Below, piece after piece: positions 17,901-26,960 of a stretch of 64,000 nt of DNA. Made by a program: the position numbers and the translations under genes. The DNA is from Sedimentisphaerales bacterium (GTDB lineage Bacteria; Planctomycetota; Phycisphaerae; Sedimentisphaerales; SM23-30): NCBI GenBank assembly GCA_963666285.1, contig OY762711.1; one strand, 5' to 3'. The notes beneath the pieces are model-generated. The model worked only from the letters and a program-made list of their open reading frames with translations. It was not told the DNA's origin and searched no databases. Position 1 is the stretch's first letter; each line of letters opens with the position of its first letter.

Positions 17901-19078
17901 AACCGGTATTCGCGACAAATTATCTGGATCAGGCTGTTCCTTTTGAAAGATGGCCTGACCTTCGCTGGCAGCTATGTGCCGAAACCAAAGAAATCGGTGA
18001 CTCTGTTTCTCACAATGATTTCACCAAAACTTTCATTGCTGAAGAGGTGGAAATACCTCAAAGAGACGATCTCGATGACCAGCTTATACTGCTCAAACAG
18101 ACATACGATCTGGAATCAGACCCTAACCTGGCTGTTACCGGGTACACCTATCTTGAACCTGGTGAAGGTGTCGTCTTGACCCTCTTGGACAGTTTTACTG
18201 ATCCAAATGCTGATGACCCTAACTTTAATGATCCGGATGATATTGAAGTTGAAGATGCTGACGGTTTCTATCAGGCTGAAGAATCTGCTCTTGCCGAACT
18301 GGAAATTTCTATCAAAACATCAAAAAACAGAAACGCTGGCAAAATCTCTGATAAATTCAAATTAACCGGCGAGTTTGACCTGACCGCTTCTGAATTCCTT
18401 GGCCAGCCAATCAGTTTTGTTGTTGGTACCTGGTCAACTACCATAGATACTGAAAGCTCTTCTTTCAAGGAAGTTGCAGACCAGAGATATCGATATACCG
18501 GGACAGTCGGAGATAAAGGCAAAGTCTCTCTTTACCTGGACCTGCGAGAAGACAAAGACTCTTTCACTCTTGAAGCTAAAAATATCGACTTGAGCGGATT
18601 AGCCGAGCCGGTTGAGATTACCATGGTAGCTGGCGGCGAATTATACCAGAATGCTGCAACTGTTATTGGTAATATGCCGGTTTACCAGCTGAATAATACT
18701 TATGATAGCTTCGAAGCTTATAAATATGTCAGAAAATGGAATGAAAAACGTATAAATGATAAGTTAATTATTACCGGCGGTATCACTTCAGATCAAACCA
18801 TTGACCTCACTGATATCGGCGAGCTTACAATCAGCTGGGGAAGCAGTGCCAGTCAGACCCTGGAAGCTGACGCATTCAAACAGTCTGGCAGTAAAAACCG
18901 GTACTATTTAAGAAAATCTGACAGCCCATTAATGCAGCTGGTGATTGATTGGGATAAATCATATTTCAAGGTGAAGTTTATGAAAAATTCCCTTTCAGCT
19001 CCTTCTCAGGATTTGACAATTACGATTACTGATACTGATGACGAAACAATTTTTGATCAAACTACTACCGTGGAATAA
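14996..19078 (+). CDS. secreted cyclophilin-type PPIase fused to four ~210-aa acidic repeats and a C-terminal beta-rich region
   Basis: Signal peptide; APVTVENF, FHRVIEDFMAQTG, GTIAMART, SATSQFFIN, YAVFG; internal repeats. Confidence 0.85.
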   Translation: MLVKKFFTPQLLLTAFFTFLAITSSSYAGRNLVTIETSLGDITVELYQDAAPVTVENFLGYVDSGFYDGLIFHRVIEDFMAQTGAYDPNLYDIDFSVYTEDEPFDLQDPNTYREPGDPIELETDAGLSNLRGTIAMARTSDVDSATSQFFINFVDNTYLDPGSSSDGYAVFGIVVDGLDIVDSMNGVENIADPDDDVNTTEYDHITGYFNDIPADPITITRVYRVQDFEDDSSSDFEDVDFLNVADGGIRTFVGAGDNEGDIWSYEFNEEEYLGINCLKWHHNAQDTSIPDKTYYMARDTDGEIFILKELKDEGSDSEQTLYEADDLLDIRPISYYAELDMYFRLIAGSYDDSNLDSDDNTIVLGSGGSTETEKIIAFDASLSPNYTDDDVIIVKYSRGLEGSETLVEYYYYHKDDGLILYLQDENQDLTGDAWWLDQKIFDSESIDFSEVPFLKLENDFAFTRYFVAKGDRDQNFSTSISYPTDQFNGVSYITWIQNGITEEGIRNFEIHLAKDTNDTVWVFYYENDFQVIFEAETLIEAVKLETFANENIHFALIAGAYNPDDIDDSSNTVSRVENTITVNEKIIAFNETLDHIPHYQNELIKVRRWEGDDTDEDDNNIWYYHEDVGLVRNYRDGESDSDGNGWEVAHFGGLFKSDSNDFSDINFIKATVDDVKHYYGSKDLEDQNYSYEFTSLTFGGIAALKLTCALDDSSSNEFEIQLGRDNLDTVWVFRYKIDGDNVFYAGSSSTSYLYAEPLSNFTDDNMYFKLISGDYDPDLPYDPNDAATEVNKIAYTLDSEQITEQIISFNASLPDVPYYNDDLILVEYNNATDPNDSIRWKYYHPDDGLVREVYGETNSPSDFENISTYRLAWSSKAKPSFVTDSDDFSEVDYLYAQPGDIKLMVGQGYYEGESYVVEFKRSKILDTTCLEVASDLTHIEDINTKESYYFARDPDLESLWILAYYVNDEPVFATNYLDQAVPFERWPDLRWQLCAETKEIGDSVSHNDFTKTFIAEEVEIPQRDDLDDQLILLKQTYDLESDPNLAVTGYTYLEPGEGVVLTLLDSFTDPNADDPNFNDPDDIEVEDADGFYQAEESALAELEISIKTSKNRNAGKISDKFKLTGEFDLTASEFLGQPISFVVGTWSTTIDTESSSFKEVADQRYRYTGTVGDKGKVSLYLDLREDKDSFTLEAKNIDLSGLAEPVEITMVAGGELYQNAATVIGNMPVYQLNNTYDSFEAYKYVRKWNEKRINDKLIITGGITSDQTIDLTDIGELTISWGSSASQTLEADAFKQSGSKNRYYLRKSDSPLMQLVIDWDKSYFKVKFMKNSLSAPSQDLTITITDTDDETIFDQTTTVE

Positions 19079-19106
19079 CCTTCCTGGTTGTTTTTCTGTT
19101 AATTTA

Positions 19107-19265
19107 GGTGACCTCTGAAAATTGCTTTTGATGCGATAGTTTAAGGTTTTGGTTGCTGACAAGGAACATAAAATAGTGCATATTAGGATATATTCACTGT
19201 TTTATGTGACACATATCAGCAGGCAAAAAAAACTAGTACTTCAAAATGATTTTTCTGAGTTTGCC
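19107..19265. mobile_element. palindromic MITE family B, copy 1
   Basis: Highly similar to the reverse complement of 54684-54839; imperfect terminal IRs; flanked by TTTA on both sides. Confidence 0.8.
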
Positions 19266-19321
19266 TTTAGATTTATCTTAATTTCGCTGTCCAACATTAC
19301 AGCTTCATAAATCGAAAGGAC

Positions 19322-20977
19322 ATGTATATGCTCGGTTCATTTACTATGAACAAAAATATTAGAACAGCATTATTTTTAATTCTTTTCTCAAATGTAGTGC
19401 TGATCGCCCAGCAGAGTAATAATAAGGTGCCTACTTTAGATGAGCTTATAACATCTAAAAAACCTGTCTTGAGCATCGATAACGGTAAAGTGCTAAATCT
19501 TACTGTTGAAGATTGTATCAAAAATGCTCTGAAATATAATTATGACATACAAATTGAAGCTTATAACCCGTCAATCCAGATGGACCAGATTGTCGCCGCT
19601 GAAGCTTATTTTGATGCTACCATCTTCGGTTCGGCTCAAATAGAGAATCTTGACGAAAATAACATCGATGCCACTTATTATAACAAATACGTGAATCATA
19701 ACGGAAACCTGGACCGGGAAAAAGTTAGAACTGACGCCTATGACCGTTATCATAACATTCAATATTCTCTTGGCTTGAGAAAATATCTCAGTACCGGTGC
19801 TGTCTTACAGATTACCGAATCTTTAAGTAAAAGCGATGACCTGCTCAAAAGTCAGGATACTTATTATTATACCCCTTTTATTGAGTATGGCCTTGCTATA
19901 CAGTTACAGCAGCCTTTACTCAGAGATTTCGGCGTCGATGTCAATCGAGCTTCCATCAGAGCTGCTCACAGCAGGATGAATATCACAAAGCAGGAATTCC
20001 AGCTGCAAGTCATTGAGACAATGATAAATGTTGAATATAATTACTGGAGACTTTTCTATCATCGTCAGCATGTTAAAATTCGCCAGCAATTGATTGATCG
20101 GGCTGAAAAATCACTTGAAAGAGTTAAGGCACGTGCTCTATACGATGGAAAGAGCATTTCTGAAGCCAGGGCAATTACCGTAATTGAAGAAGCTAGAGCT
20201 GATATGCTATACGCTAAAAACTCTGCCCTTCGTCAGCAGGAAGCACTGCTGGAAAGTATCAATAATCCTGCTTGGCCTATTACAACAAAATGTGAAATTA
20301 TAACTTTAGATAATCCGCAAAAAAGAAAATATGACATTAGCTTTGAGCAAGCAGTTGAAAATGCGCTTGAGCTCAGGCCGGAACTTATCGCTCAGCGAAA
20401 TGGTATCGATATTGCCAACCTGGCAGTCGGACTTGCAAAAAATCAGGTGCTGCCTCGTGCCGATCTGTATTTATCTCATGAGATCACTGGGGCAGACTAC
20501 CGCGACAATTCCGCACTCCAAAACCAGACCACAAATGATACTTACAACTGGACTGTTGGGATAAGTATGGAATACCCTATTGCCAACCGCGCGGCTAAAG
20601 CTTCTCTCAGCCAGGCCAAAAAACAAAAAGAACAGGAAGAATTGAGACTTAAATCTCTTCAGGAACAAGTATTATATGACGTTAGTTCTGCTCTGCACGA
20701 ACTTCATCACAAATATGATGAAATTACTGCCAGAGTTGATTCTGTTGAAGCTGCCAGAAATGAGCTCCTGAATTATCTTACTATTCAGGACACCGAAAGA
20801 AAAGACAGTACTAACCCGGAATTCCTGAACTTAAAACTCAATGCTGACGACAGGCTAAGTCGCAACCAGATTGCCGCGATACTTGCTATGATTGAATATG
20901 ACATGGCTATTATGAATATTCACAGAGCTCAAGGTGTTCTGGACAGGTATAATAATGTAGATATTGAAATGGAGTAA
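19322..20977 (+). CDS. TolC-family outer membrane efflux protein
   Basis: LTVEDCIKNALKYNYDI, QPLLRDFG, ALELRPEL, VLPRADL; duplicated OEP architecture; signal peptide. Confidence 0.88.
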   Translation: MYMLGSFTMNKNIRTALFLILFSNVVLIAQQSNNKVPTLDELITSKKPVLSIDNGKVLNLTVEDCIKNALKYNYDIQIEAYNPSIQMDQIVAAEAYFDATIFGSAQIENLDENNIDATYYNKYVNHNGNLDREKVRTDAYDRYHNIQYSLGLRKYLSTGAVLQITESLSKSDDLLKSQDTYYYTPFIEYGLAIQLQQPLLRDFGVDVNRASIRAAHSRMNITKQEFQLQVIETMINVEYNYWRLFYHRQHVKIRQQLIDRAEKSLERVKARALYDGKSISEARAITVIEEARADMLYAKNSALRQQEALLESINNPAWPITTKCEIITLDNPQKRKYDISFEQAVENALELRPELIAQRNGIDIANLAVGLAKNQVLPRADLYLSHEITGADYRDNSALQNQTTNDTYNWTVGISMEYPIANRAAKASLSQAKKQKEQEELRLKSLQEQVLYDVSSALHELHHKYDEITARVDSVEAARNELLNYLTIQDTERKDSTNPEFLNLKLNADDRLSRNQIAAILAMIEYDMAIMNIHRAQGVLDRYNNVDIEME

Positions 20978-20982
20978 TTTTT

Positions 20983-22047
20983 TTGATGGAAACAGTCTGG
21001 CATAGTGACAACTTCACTCACGATGAATATATTCTATCCGGTGATATTGGTGGTACGAACTCTACTTTTGCTATTGTTGGCAAAACTGGTTCAAAATTTG
21101 AAATCATTGTTTCAAACAGGTATCCCAGCCAGGAGATATCCGGACCGCTCGAGCCGATCAGGGAAACCTGGAATATTGCTAAAGATAAAATTGGAGACTT
21201 TAAAATTAAAGCCGGATGCTTATCTGCTGCCGGTCCCAAACAAGGGAATTATTGTCAGCCGACCAATATCGAATGGGACATTAGAGGAGACGAGCTGGAA
21301 AAAGAAACTGGTATAAATATTATTCTTATCAATGACTTTGAAGCTATCAGCTATAGCCTGCCTCTACTGGATGTTAATAATCCTGAACAGTTAATTGAAA
21401 TACCGCATATCGATCAGGACCAGGTTAATCGTTCCGGCAACACTGTTGCTGTTGTTGGGGCAGGAACCGGTTTGGGTGTTGGTTTTGGTCTGATTAGCTC
21501 GCACGGGTATATTGCCGGTGCCTCTGAAGGCGGACACTGTGGATTCCAGGATTTCGATATCGAGACTACCGAACTGAGAAATTTCCTTATCGCTAAATAT
21601 GACAGCCCGCCGGATGCTGAAAATTATGTCTCTGGCCAGGGAATAAATAACCTCTTCGATTATTTTATTGAAGGTAAAAAAGTTGCTATTACTGAAACAT
21701 TACAAAACATTCTGGATACTCCGCGAGATGATCGACCTGCACTTATTTCACAGGCGGCAGACACCGATCAGACTTGTAGCGAAATCATGGCACTTTTTGT
21801 CAAGCTTTATGGAAAATTTGCCGGTGAAATCGCCGCTGCCTTTATGCCGAATATGGGTATGTTCATTGGCGGCGGTATAGTCACCAAAAATGAAAAGTTG
21901 TTTACCAGGGATAATACCTTTATTTCTTATTTCGAAGAAAACTTCTGTGATAATATCAACAGGGTTCTAAAAACTATTCCTGTATATATTATCAGAAACT
22001 ATTCTGTTTCACTTATTGGCGCTGCTCATGCAGCTTACTGTATCTAA
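20983..22047 (+). CDS. glk: glucokinase
   Basis: GDIGGTN, INDFEA, GAGTGLG, SEGGH, GGGIV. Confidence 0.9.
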   Translation: MMETVWHSDNFTHDEYILSGDIGGTNSTFAIVGKTGSKFEIIVSNRYPSQEISGPLEPIRETWNIAKDKIGDFKIKAGCLSAAGPKQGNYCQPTNIEWDIRGDELEKETGINIILINDFEAISYSLPLLDVNNPEQLIEIPHIDQDQVNRSGNTVAVVGAGTGLGVGFGLISSHGYIAGASEGGHCGFQDFDIETTELRNFLIAKYDSPPDAENYVSGQGINNLFDYFIEGKKVAITETLQNILDTPRDDRPALISQAADTDQTCSEIMALFVKLYGKFAGEIAAAFMPNMGMFIGGGIVTKNEKLFTRDNTFISYFEENFCDNINRVLKTIPVYIIRNYSVSLIGAAHAAYCI

Positions 22048-22136
22048 CTTTTTATAAATTTTAAGCCGGTTCACGTGTAAGCTGCTCTTGTGTCCTGCTT
22101 GCCAGAACCGGATATATCTCTTTTTAAGGTGTTTTA

Positions 22137-23180
22137 ATGGCAACCGACACTCTAAGATGGAACGGTGATTATAACGGTCAGGTAGAAATGATCGACCAGA
22201 CTTTGCTGCCTACCCAATATAAAACTATATCTATTGGCGATATAGAAGCCATGTGGGAAGCTATTAAGGTATTAAGAGTGCGTGGCGCTCCCGCTATTGG
22301 CATTGCTGCTGCATACGGCGTTATACTTGGTATCCAAAAATCTGTTGATAGCTGCTCGCTTGACGATGTTAAACAAAAAGTCGTCCAATCCTGCGATTAT
22401 CTCGCTACCAGCCGACCTACCGCTGTTAACCTCTTCTGGGCCCTGGATCGCATTAAAACAAAAGCTATTACCGGCAATGCTGCTACCTCTCAGCAATTAG
22501 CTGAAGAACTGCTGAAAGAGGCCAATGCTATAAGAGATGAAGATGCTCAAATGTGCCGGGCAATCGGGCAGAATGGTAAACACCTGATTCCGGATGGTGG
22601 TGGAGTACTAACCCACTGCAATGCGGGCGGACTGGCCACTGCTGACTATGGCACTGCACTTGCCGTTATGTTTGCGGCCCATGAAGATGGGAAAAAATTC
22701 CGGGTTTTCGCTGATGAAACCAGGCCGCTCTTACAAGGTTCACGATTAACGGCATGGGAACTTCAAAAAGCCGGTATTGATGTTACGGTTAACTGCGACA
22801 ACATGGCCGGCTGGATGATGAGTCAAAAAATGATTGACCTGGTAATTGTCGGAGCTGACAGAATCGCTGCTAATGGAGATGCAGCTAACAAAATCGGTAC
22901 TTATTCCGTTGCTGTTCTTGCTAATTACCACAATATACCGTTCTATGTTGCCGCACCCTACAGCACTTTTGATATGACTCTTCCTGAAGGTTCGGGCATA
23001 CCAATTGAACAGCGAGACAAAAGTGAGATTATTGAATTCAGCCCCGGCAGGCGTACCGCTCCACACGACGTTAAAGTGTACAACCCGGCATTTGACGTTA
23101 CGCCCGCCAAACTCATAACCGGTATTATTACTGAAAAAGGATTATTTAAACCCGAACAAATTGCTCAAAATAATATCTAG
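22137..23180 (+). CDS. mtnA: S-methyl-5-thioribose-1-phosphate isomerase
   Basis: VRGAPAIG, RPTAVNL, THCNAGGLAT, ETRP, GADRIAANGD, NKIGTY, NPAFDVTP. Confidence 0.96.
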   Translation: MATDTLRWNGDYNGQVEMIDQTLLPTQYKTISIGDIEAMWEAIKVLRVRGAPAIGIAAAYGVILGIQKSVDSCSLDDVKQKVVQSCDYLATSRPTAVNLFWALDRIKTKAITGNAATSQQLAEELLKEANAIRDEDAQMCRAIGQNGKHLIPDGGGVLTHCNAGGLATADYGTALAVMFAAHEDGKKFRVFADETRPLLQGSRLTAWELQKAGIDVTVNCDNMAGWMMSQKMIDLVIVGADRIAANGDAANKIGTYSVAVLANYHNIPFYVAAPYSTFDMTLPEGSGIPIEQRDKSEIIEFSPGRRTAPHDVKVYNPAFDVTPAKLITGIITEKGLFKPEQIAQNNI

Positions 23181-23334
23181 CCACGTAAGCACTTGTTAAA
23201 TATGACCTTACAAAAGAATACGCTATAAAATCGCTTTTTTCTATTTTTTTTGTAACTTTATGCCCACTTAGACGTCTAACAATATAGAAATACAATTTCA
23301 TTCAATGAGAATAACTGCCAATAATTCTCAATTC

Positions 23335-23366
23335 GCCGGGATTATATATTTCCCGGCATTTTTTTT
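23335..23366. terminator. intrinsic terminator between convergent mtnA and helicase genes
   Basis: GCCGGGA...TCCCGGC stem followed by a long T tract. Confidence 0.7.
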
Positions 23367-23380
23367 GGCTCCTGCCAAGA

Positions 23381-24667
23381 CTATTTCTTTTCTTCTGATG
23401 ATGGTTTTGGCGAACTCCGACGTCTCCGCTTCCTTTTTTGACCGGATGGTGGCTTGTTGCCGCCTTCACCTGATTGTGAAGCTGGTTTACCTTCAGGCTT
23501 CTTCTTATGATATCCCTTTCCGCGACTATTTCGTTTTGCAGGCCTCCTTATTTCTGGTTCATCCCCAATCCAATTAGGATTAATCTTATTTAGCCTGAGT
23601 AATCTCTTATACCCGCCAAAATCCCTCACTGTTACAAAAGTCATTGCCACACCTTTGCGACCCATTCGCCCTGTTCTCCCTGTACGATGCGTATAAGACT
23701 CAATATTTCGGGGAAACTCAAAATTTACAACATGGCTTACATGGGTAAAGTCCAATCCTCTGCCGGCAACATCTGTTGCCACCATATATTTTATCTCTTT
23801 TCGCTTAAATCGATTAAATATACTGGTACGACGCGACTGCTCCATTCCTCCATGAATAAACTCGACGCTATTCAACTCTTTGTTCAAATGTTTGAACAGC
23901 TTCTCTCCGCCATGTCTGGAATTGGAAAATATTATCGCCTGAACAATATCCTGTTCGTTTAGGTAACCGATCAGCTCATGGAAATGCTCATGAGTATTCT
24001 TTAAAAACTTGAAGGTATGAACCAATGAGGATGGAGCTGCCTTTTCCTTGTTCAAATCAACCGTTACCGGATCTTTAAGGTACCGCTCTGTCAGGTGAAG
24101 AACTTCCTTGGGCATGGTTGCTGAAAAGAACAGCGTCTGATGATCCTGGATAATACAAGACATGATAAAGTCTACATCCTCGATAAAGCCCATCTTCAGC
24201 ATCTCATCAGCTTCATCAAGCACAACTGTATTTACATCCTTAAGGGATAAATCAGAATTATATAATAAATCTATCAGCCGGCCCGGTGTCGCCACCAGGA
24301 TATGCACCCCATGGGCTAGCTTTGACTTCTGAATGCTCATATCCGAGCCGCCAAAAATGGCAAATGGATTTACTGGTAAATCTGTTGATACTTTATCTAT
24401 TTCATCTACATATTGCAGCGCCAGTTCACGGGTTGGTACAAGTATTAACGCCTGAATTGTATTCTGATCTACATCTACTTTTTGAACTACTGGTACTGCA
24501 CATGCACTTGTCTTACCTGAACCCGTTTCTGCCTTTGCCAACAAATCACGACCTGCCATAACTGGCTCAAATGTCGCTTCCTGCACCGGCGTCAATGTCT
24601 CATAGTTCATCTTTACCAGCGCTGTCATTATTTCGGGTTTTAGCTCAAGCTCTTCAAATCTCGTCAT
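23381..24667 (-). CDS. DEAD-box RNA helicase
   Basis: Q motif, AETGSGKT, PTRELA, TPGR, DEAD, SAT, HRTGRTGR; basic C-terminal tail. Confidence 0.96.
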   Translation of the reverse strand: MTRFEELELKPEIMTALVKMNYETLTPVQEATFEPVMAGRDLLAKAETGSGKTSACAVPVVQKVDVDQNTIQALILVPTRELALQYVDEIDKVSTDLPVNPFAIFGGSDMSIQKSKLAHGVHILVATPGRLIDLLYNSDLSLKDVNTVVLDEADEMLKMGFIEDVDFIMSCIIQDHQTLFFSATMPKEVLHLTERYLKDPVTVDLNKEKAAPSSLVHTFKFLKNTHEHFHELIGYLNEQDIVQAIIFSNSRHGGEKLFKHLNKELNSVEFIHGGMEQSRRTSIFNRFKRKEIKYMVATDVAGRGLDFTHVSHVVNFEFPRNIESYTHRTGRTGRMGRKGVAMTFVTVRDFGGYKRLLRLNKINPNWIGDEPEIRRPAKRNSRGKGYHKKKPEGKPASQSGEGGNKPPSGQKRKRRRRSSPKPSSEEKK

Positions 24668-24751
24668 ATATATCCTGATTTACTTCAGTTTCTTTCTAGC
24701 TGATTATATCCAGCTGAAAGCGCTTTCCTGTTTAATTTCCTTCTTACTCTA

Positions 24752-25750
24752 CTAAAACTGTTCCAGGAATCGCATATCATTTTCAAAAAACAGACGGATA
24801 TCCGGAATTCCATATTTACGCATTGTCAATCGCTCAATTCCAAATCCAAATGCCCAGCCTGTATATTTCTCCGGATCAATCCCAACCTGCTCAAATACAT
24901 TTGGATCAACCATACCGCAGCCGCCAACTTCCATCCAGAACTCATTGCCTTCCTTATCATGCAGCAGCATATCAACTTCACCGGAAGGCTCTGTAAATGG
25001 GAAGAATGATGGACGAAAACGCCATGTCGTACCTTCACCAAAAAATGCCTGGATAAACTGGTCGATCGTTGTTTTAAGGTCCACCATACTAACGCCTTCA
25101 TCTACTACCAGCGCTTCGATCTGGTGAAACATATACATGTGGGTCGCATCTACACTATCCGGACGATAAACCCTGCCTGGCGCAACTATGCGTATTGGGG
25201 GCTTCTGTGTTTCCATCACGCGAATCTGCACAGTCGAGGTCTGGCTGCGCAATAATGTTTCATTATCGATATAAAAATTATCCAGCGGATCGCGGGCCGG
25301 GTGAATCTCTGGGATGTTCAACGCTACAAAGTTATGAAAATCATCTTCAACCTCTGGACCGTATGCCACATCAAAACCCATTCTGCCGAATATCTCCAGT
25401 AGCTCATCGGTGGTCTGAGTCAACAGATGCCTGCTGCCCTGCTCTGGGGCCTGACCTGGCAGCGTTACATCAAATAATGGGCCGCTTACCTTCTTACTGG
25501 CTCCCTGCAGATTCTTCTGCTTATCGTCAAACGCGGCCTTGACTTCGTTCTTGATCTTATTAGCTAATTGACCTGCTTCAGGACGTAACTCTGCCGGAAG
25601 CTTGCCCAGCTGACCTAGCAAGCCGGTTAATTCTCCTTTACGGGATAAATAATTGATTCGAAATTCTTCCAGCTCTGCGGCACTGCTGACTTTTTCCAAA
25701 TCTGCCAATGCTCGCTGTCCTACTTCTTTGAAACTGTCAAGATTTTCCAC
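24752..25750 (-). CDS. pheS: phenylalanine--tRNA ligase alpha subunit
   Basis: HPARD, LRSQTS, PGRVYR, FHQIE, FPFTEP, AFGFGIER. Confidence 0.97.
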   Translation of the reverse strand: MENLDSFKEVGQRALADLEKVSSAAELEEFRINYLSRKGELTGLLGQLGKLPAELRPEAGQLANKIKNEVKAAFDDKQKNLQGASKKVSGPLFDVTLPGQAPEQGSRHLLTQTTDELLEIFGRMGFDVAYGPEVEDDFHNFVALNIPEIHPARDPLDNFYIDNETLLRSQTSTVQIRVMETQKPPIRIVAPGRVYRPDSVDATHMYMFHQIEALVVDEGVSMVDLKTTIDQFIQAFFGEGTTWRFRPSFFPFTEPSGEVDMLLHDKEGNEFWMEVGGCGMVDPNVFEQVGIDPEKYTGWAFGFGIERLTMRKYGIPDIRLFFENDMRFLEQF

Positions 25751-25990
25751 AACTGTTCCTTATTTTCTCTGGTTTTAACTATGCTTTAATATCGACTTCT
25801 TTTCAACATTCTTAAATTCTGAACTTCTCATACTATCACAGCTTGATCCATTCAGACTATATAGAATAAAGGATAATGTACAAAAAGGCATGTAAATTTT
25901 ATATAAATTTGGGTTTAAAGCTTATATATCCGCACCCAAAGGCTGTGTTATATAACATGAATAAATAACTCTTCTCGACGGGTTTGGATA

Positions 25991-26031
25991 TAAAAAAACC
26001 CGAAACCACTACTATGGCTCCGGGTTGTTTT
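25991..26031 (-). terminator. terminator after rplT
   Basis: AACCCGGAGCCA...TGGTTTCGGGTT stem plus T tract on the minus strand. Confidence 0.65.
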
Positions 26032-26056
26032 ATCTTAATTGTACTGGAAGGCAACC

Positions 26057-26410
26057 TTAAAGAGCCTTGCGTGCAATTTCTACTACTGCATCAAAACCTT
26101 CCGGATCACTAATCGCCATTTCACTCAGTACTTTCCTGTTCAAAGAGACCTGAGCAAGTTTCATTCCGTGAATAAATTCACTGTATCTGATTTCGCGGGC
26201 TTTGCACGCGGCTGAGATACGAGTTATCCATAACTGACGGAAATCACGTTTCTTGCGGCGACGGCCTTCAAACGCATTGCATAGAGCCCTTACTCGGGTT
26301 TCTTTTGCTAGACGAAGATTCTTGCCTAACGGACCTCTATATCCTTTTACTTCCTTAAATAAACGCTTTTTGGCCTGAGTTCTAGCCGATCCTCTTGATA
26401 CACGTGGCAT
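26057..26410 (-). CDS. rplT: 50S ribosomal protein L20
   Basis: MPRV..., KGYRG, RRRKKRDFRQLWITRI, LNRKVLSEMA. Confidence 0.98.
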   Translation of the reverse strand: MPRVSRGSARTQAKKRLFKEVKGYRGPLGKNLRLAKETRVRALCNAFEGRRRKKRDFRQLWITRISAACKAREIRYSEFIHGMKLAQVSLNRKVLSEMAISDPEGFDAVVEIARKAL

Positions 26411-26547
26411 TTCAGCTTTTCCTTTCTATCTGTCCTGTTAGGAGTTGTTAGCTCCAAGGAATGTTATTATACCGCTGTCGGCAAGCTGAATCGCCGGGAA
26501 GCGGAGTATAAATTACGTTCTTTTACTAAGCTTTTTACAACAAATCC

Positions 26548-26742
26548 TTATGCGCCCAATGCTCTCTTGGCCTTGTTGCCCATTGTCTTTGTCATTGTTG
26601 TTCCCTGACGCAAACCGCGAACATGATTGCCGGATTTATGGCTCATCAAATGACCGGAAAATGATTTCTTATATTTTACTTTTCCATTTGCTGTCACTTT
26701 TACGCGTTTCGACAGACCTTTATGTGTCTTCTGTTTTGGCAT
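26548..26742 (-). CDS. rpmI: 50S ribosomal protein L35
   Basis: MPKQKTHKGLSKRVKVTANGK. Confidence 0.97.
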   Translation of the reverse strand: MPKQKTHKGLSKRVKVTANGKVKYKKSFSGHLMSHKSGNHVRGLRQGTTMTKTMGNKAKRALGA

Positions 26743-26870
26743 TTCATTACCTTCTTTTGCTATAAGTGCTTGTTATATATACAAATACCGCATCATCGCA
26801 GAATTCGGTTGTTCGCTTTTCGCACTCTAACTAAACATTTTCCATGCTCTGAATAGTCAGAGAGTCCTTT

Positions 26871-26898
26871 AATATACAGAATTTACATAAAACTTCAA
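26871..26898 (-). promoter_or_regulatory. sigma70-like promoter for rpmI-rplT
   Basis: TTGAAG-N16-TATATT on the minus strand. Confidence 0.5.
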
Positions 26899-26960
26899 GG
26901 TTTTTCTTGGGGACTTTCGCAGTTTTTAAGCTGCAAATTATGAAGTGCCTGGACTAGACC

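Noticed and set aside
25751..26056. T-box or pheM-type attenuator upstream of pheS
   Set aside because: No T-box motif or Phe-rich leader peptide seen
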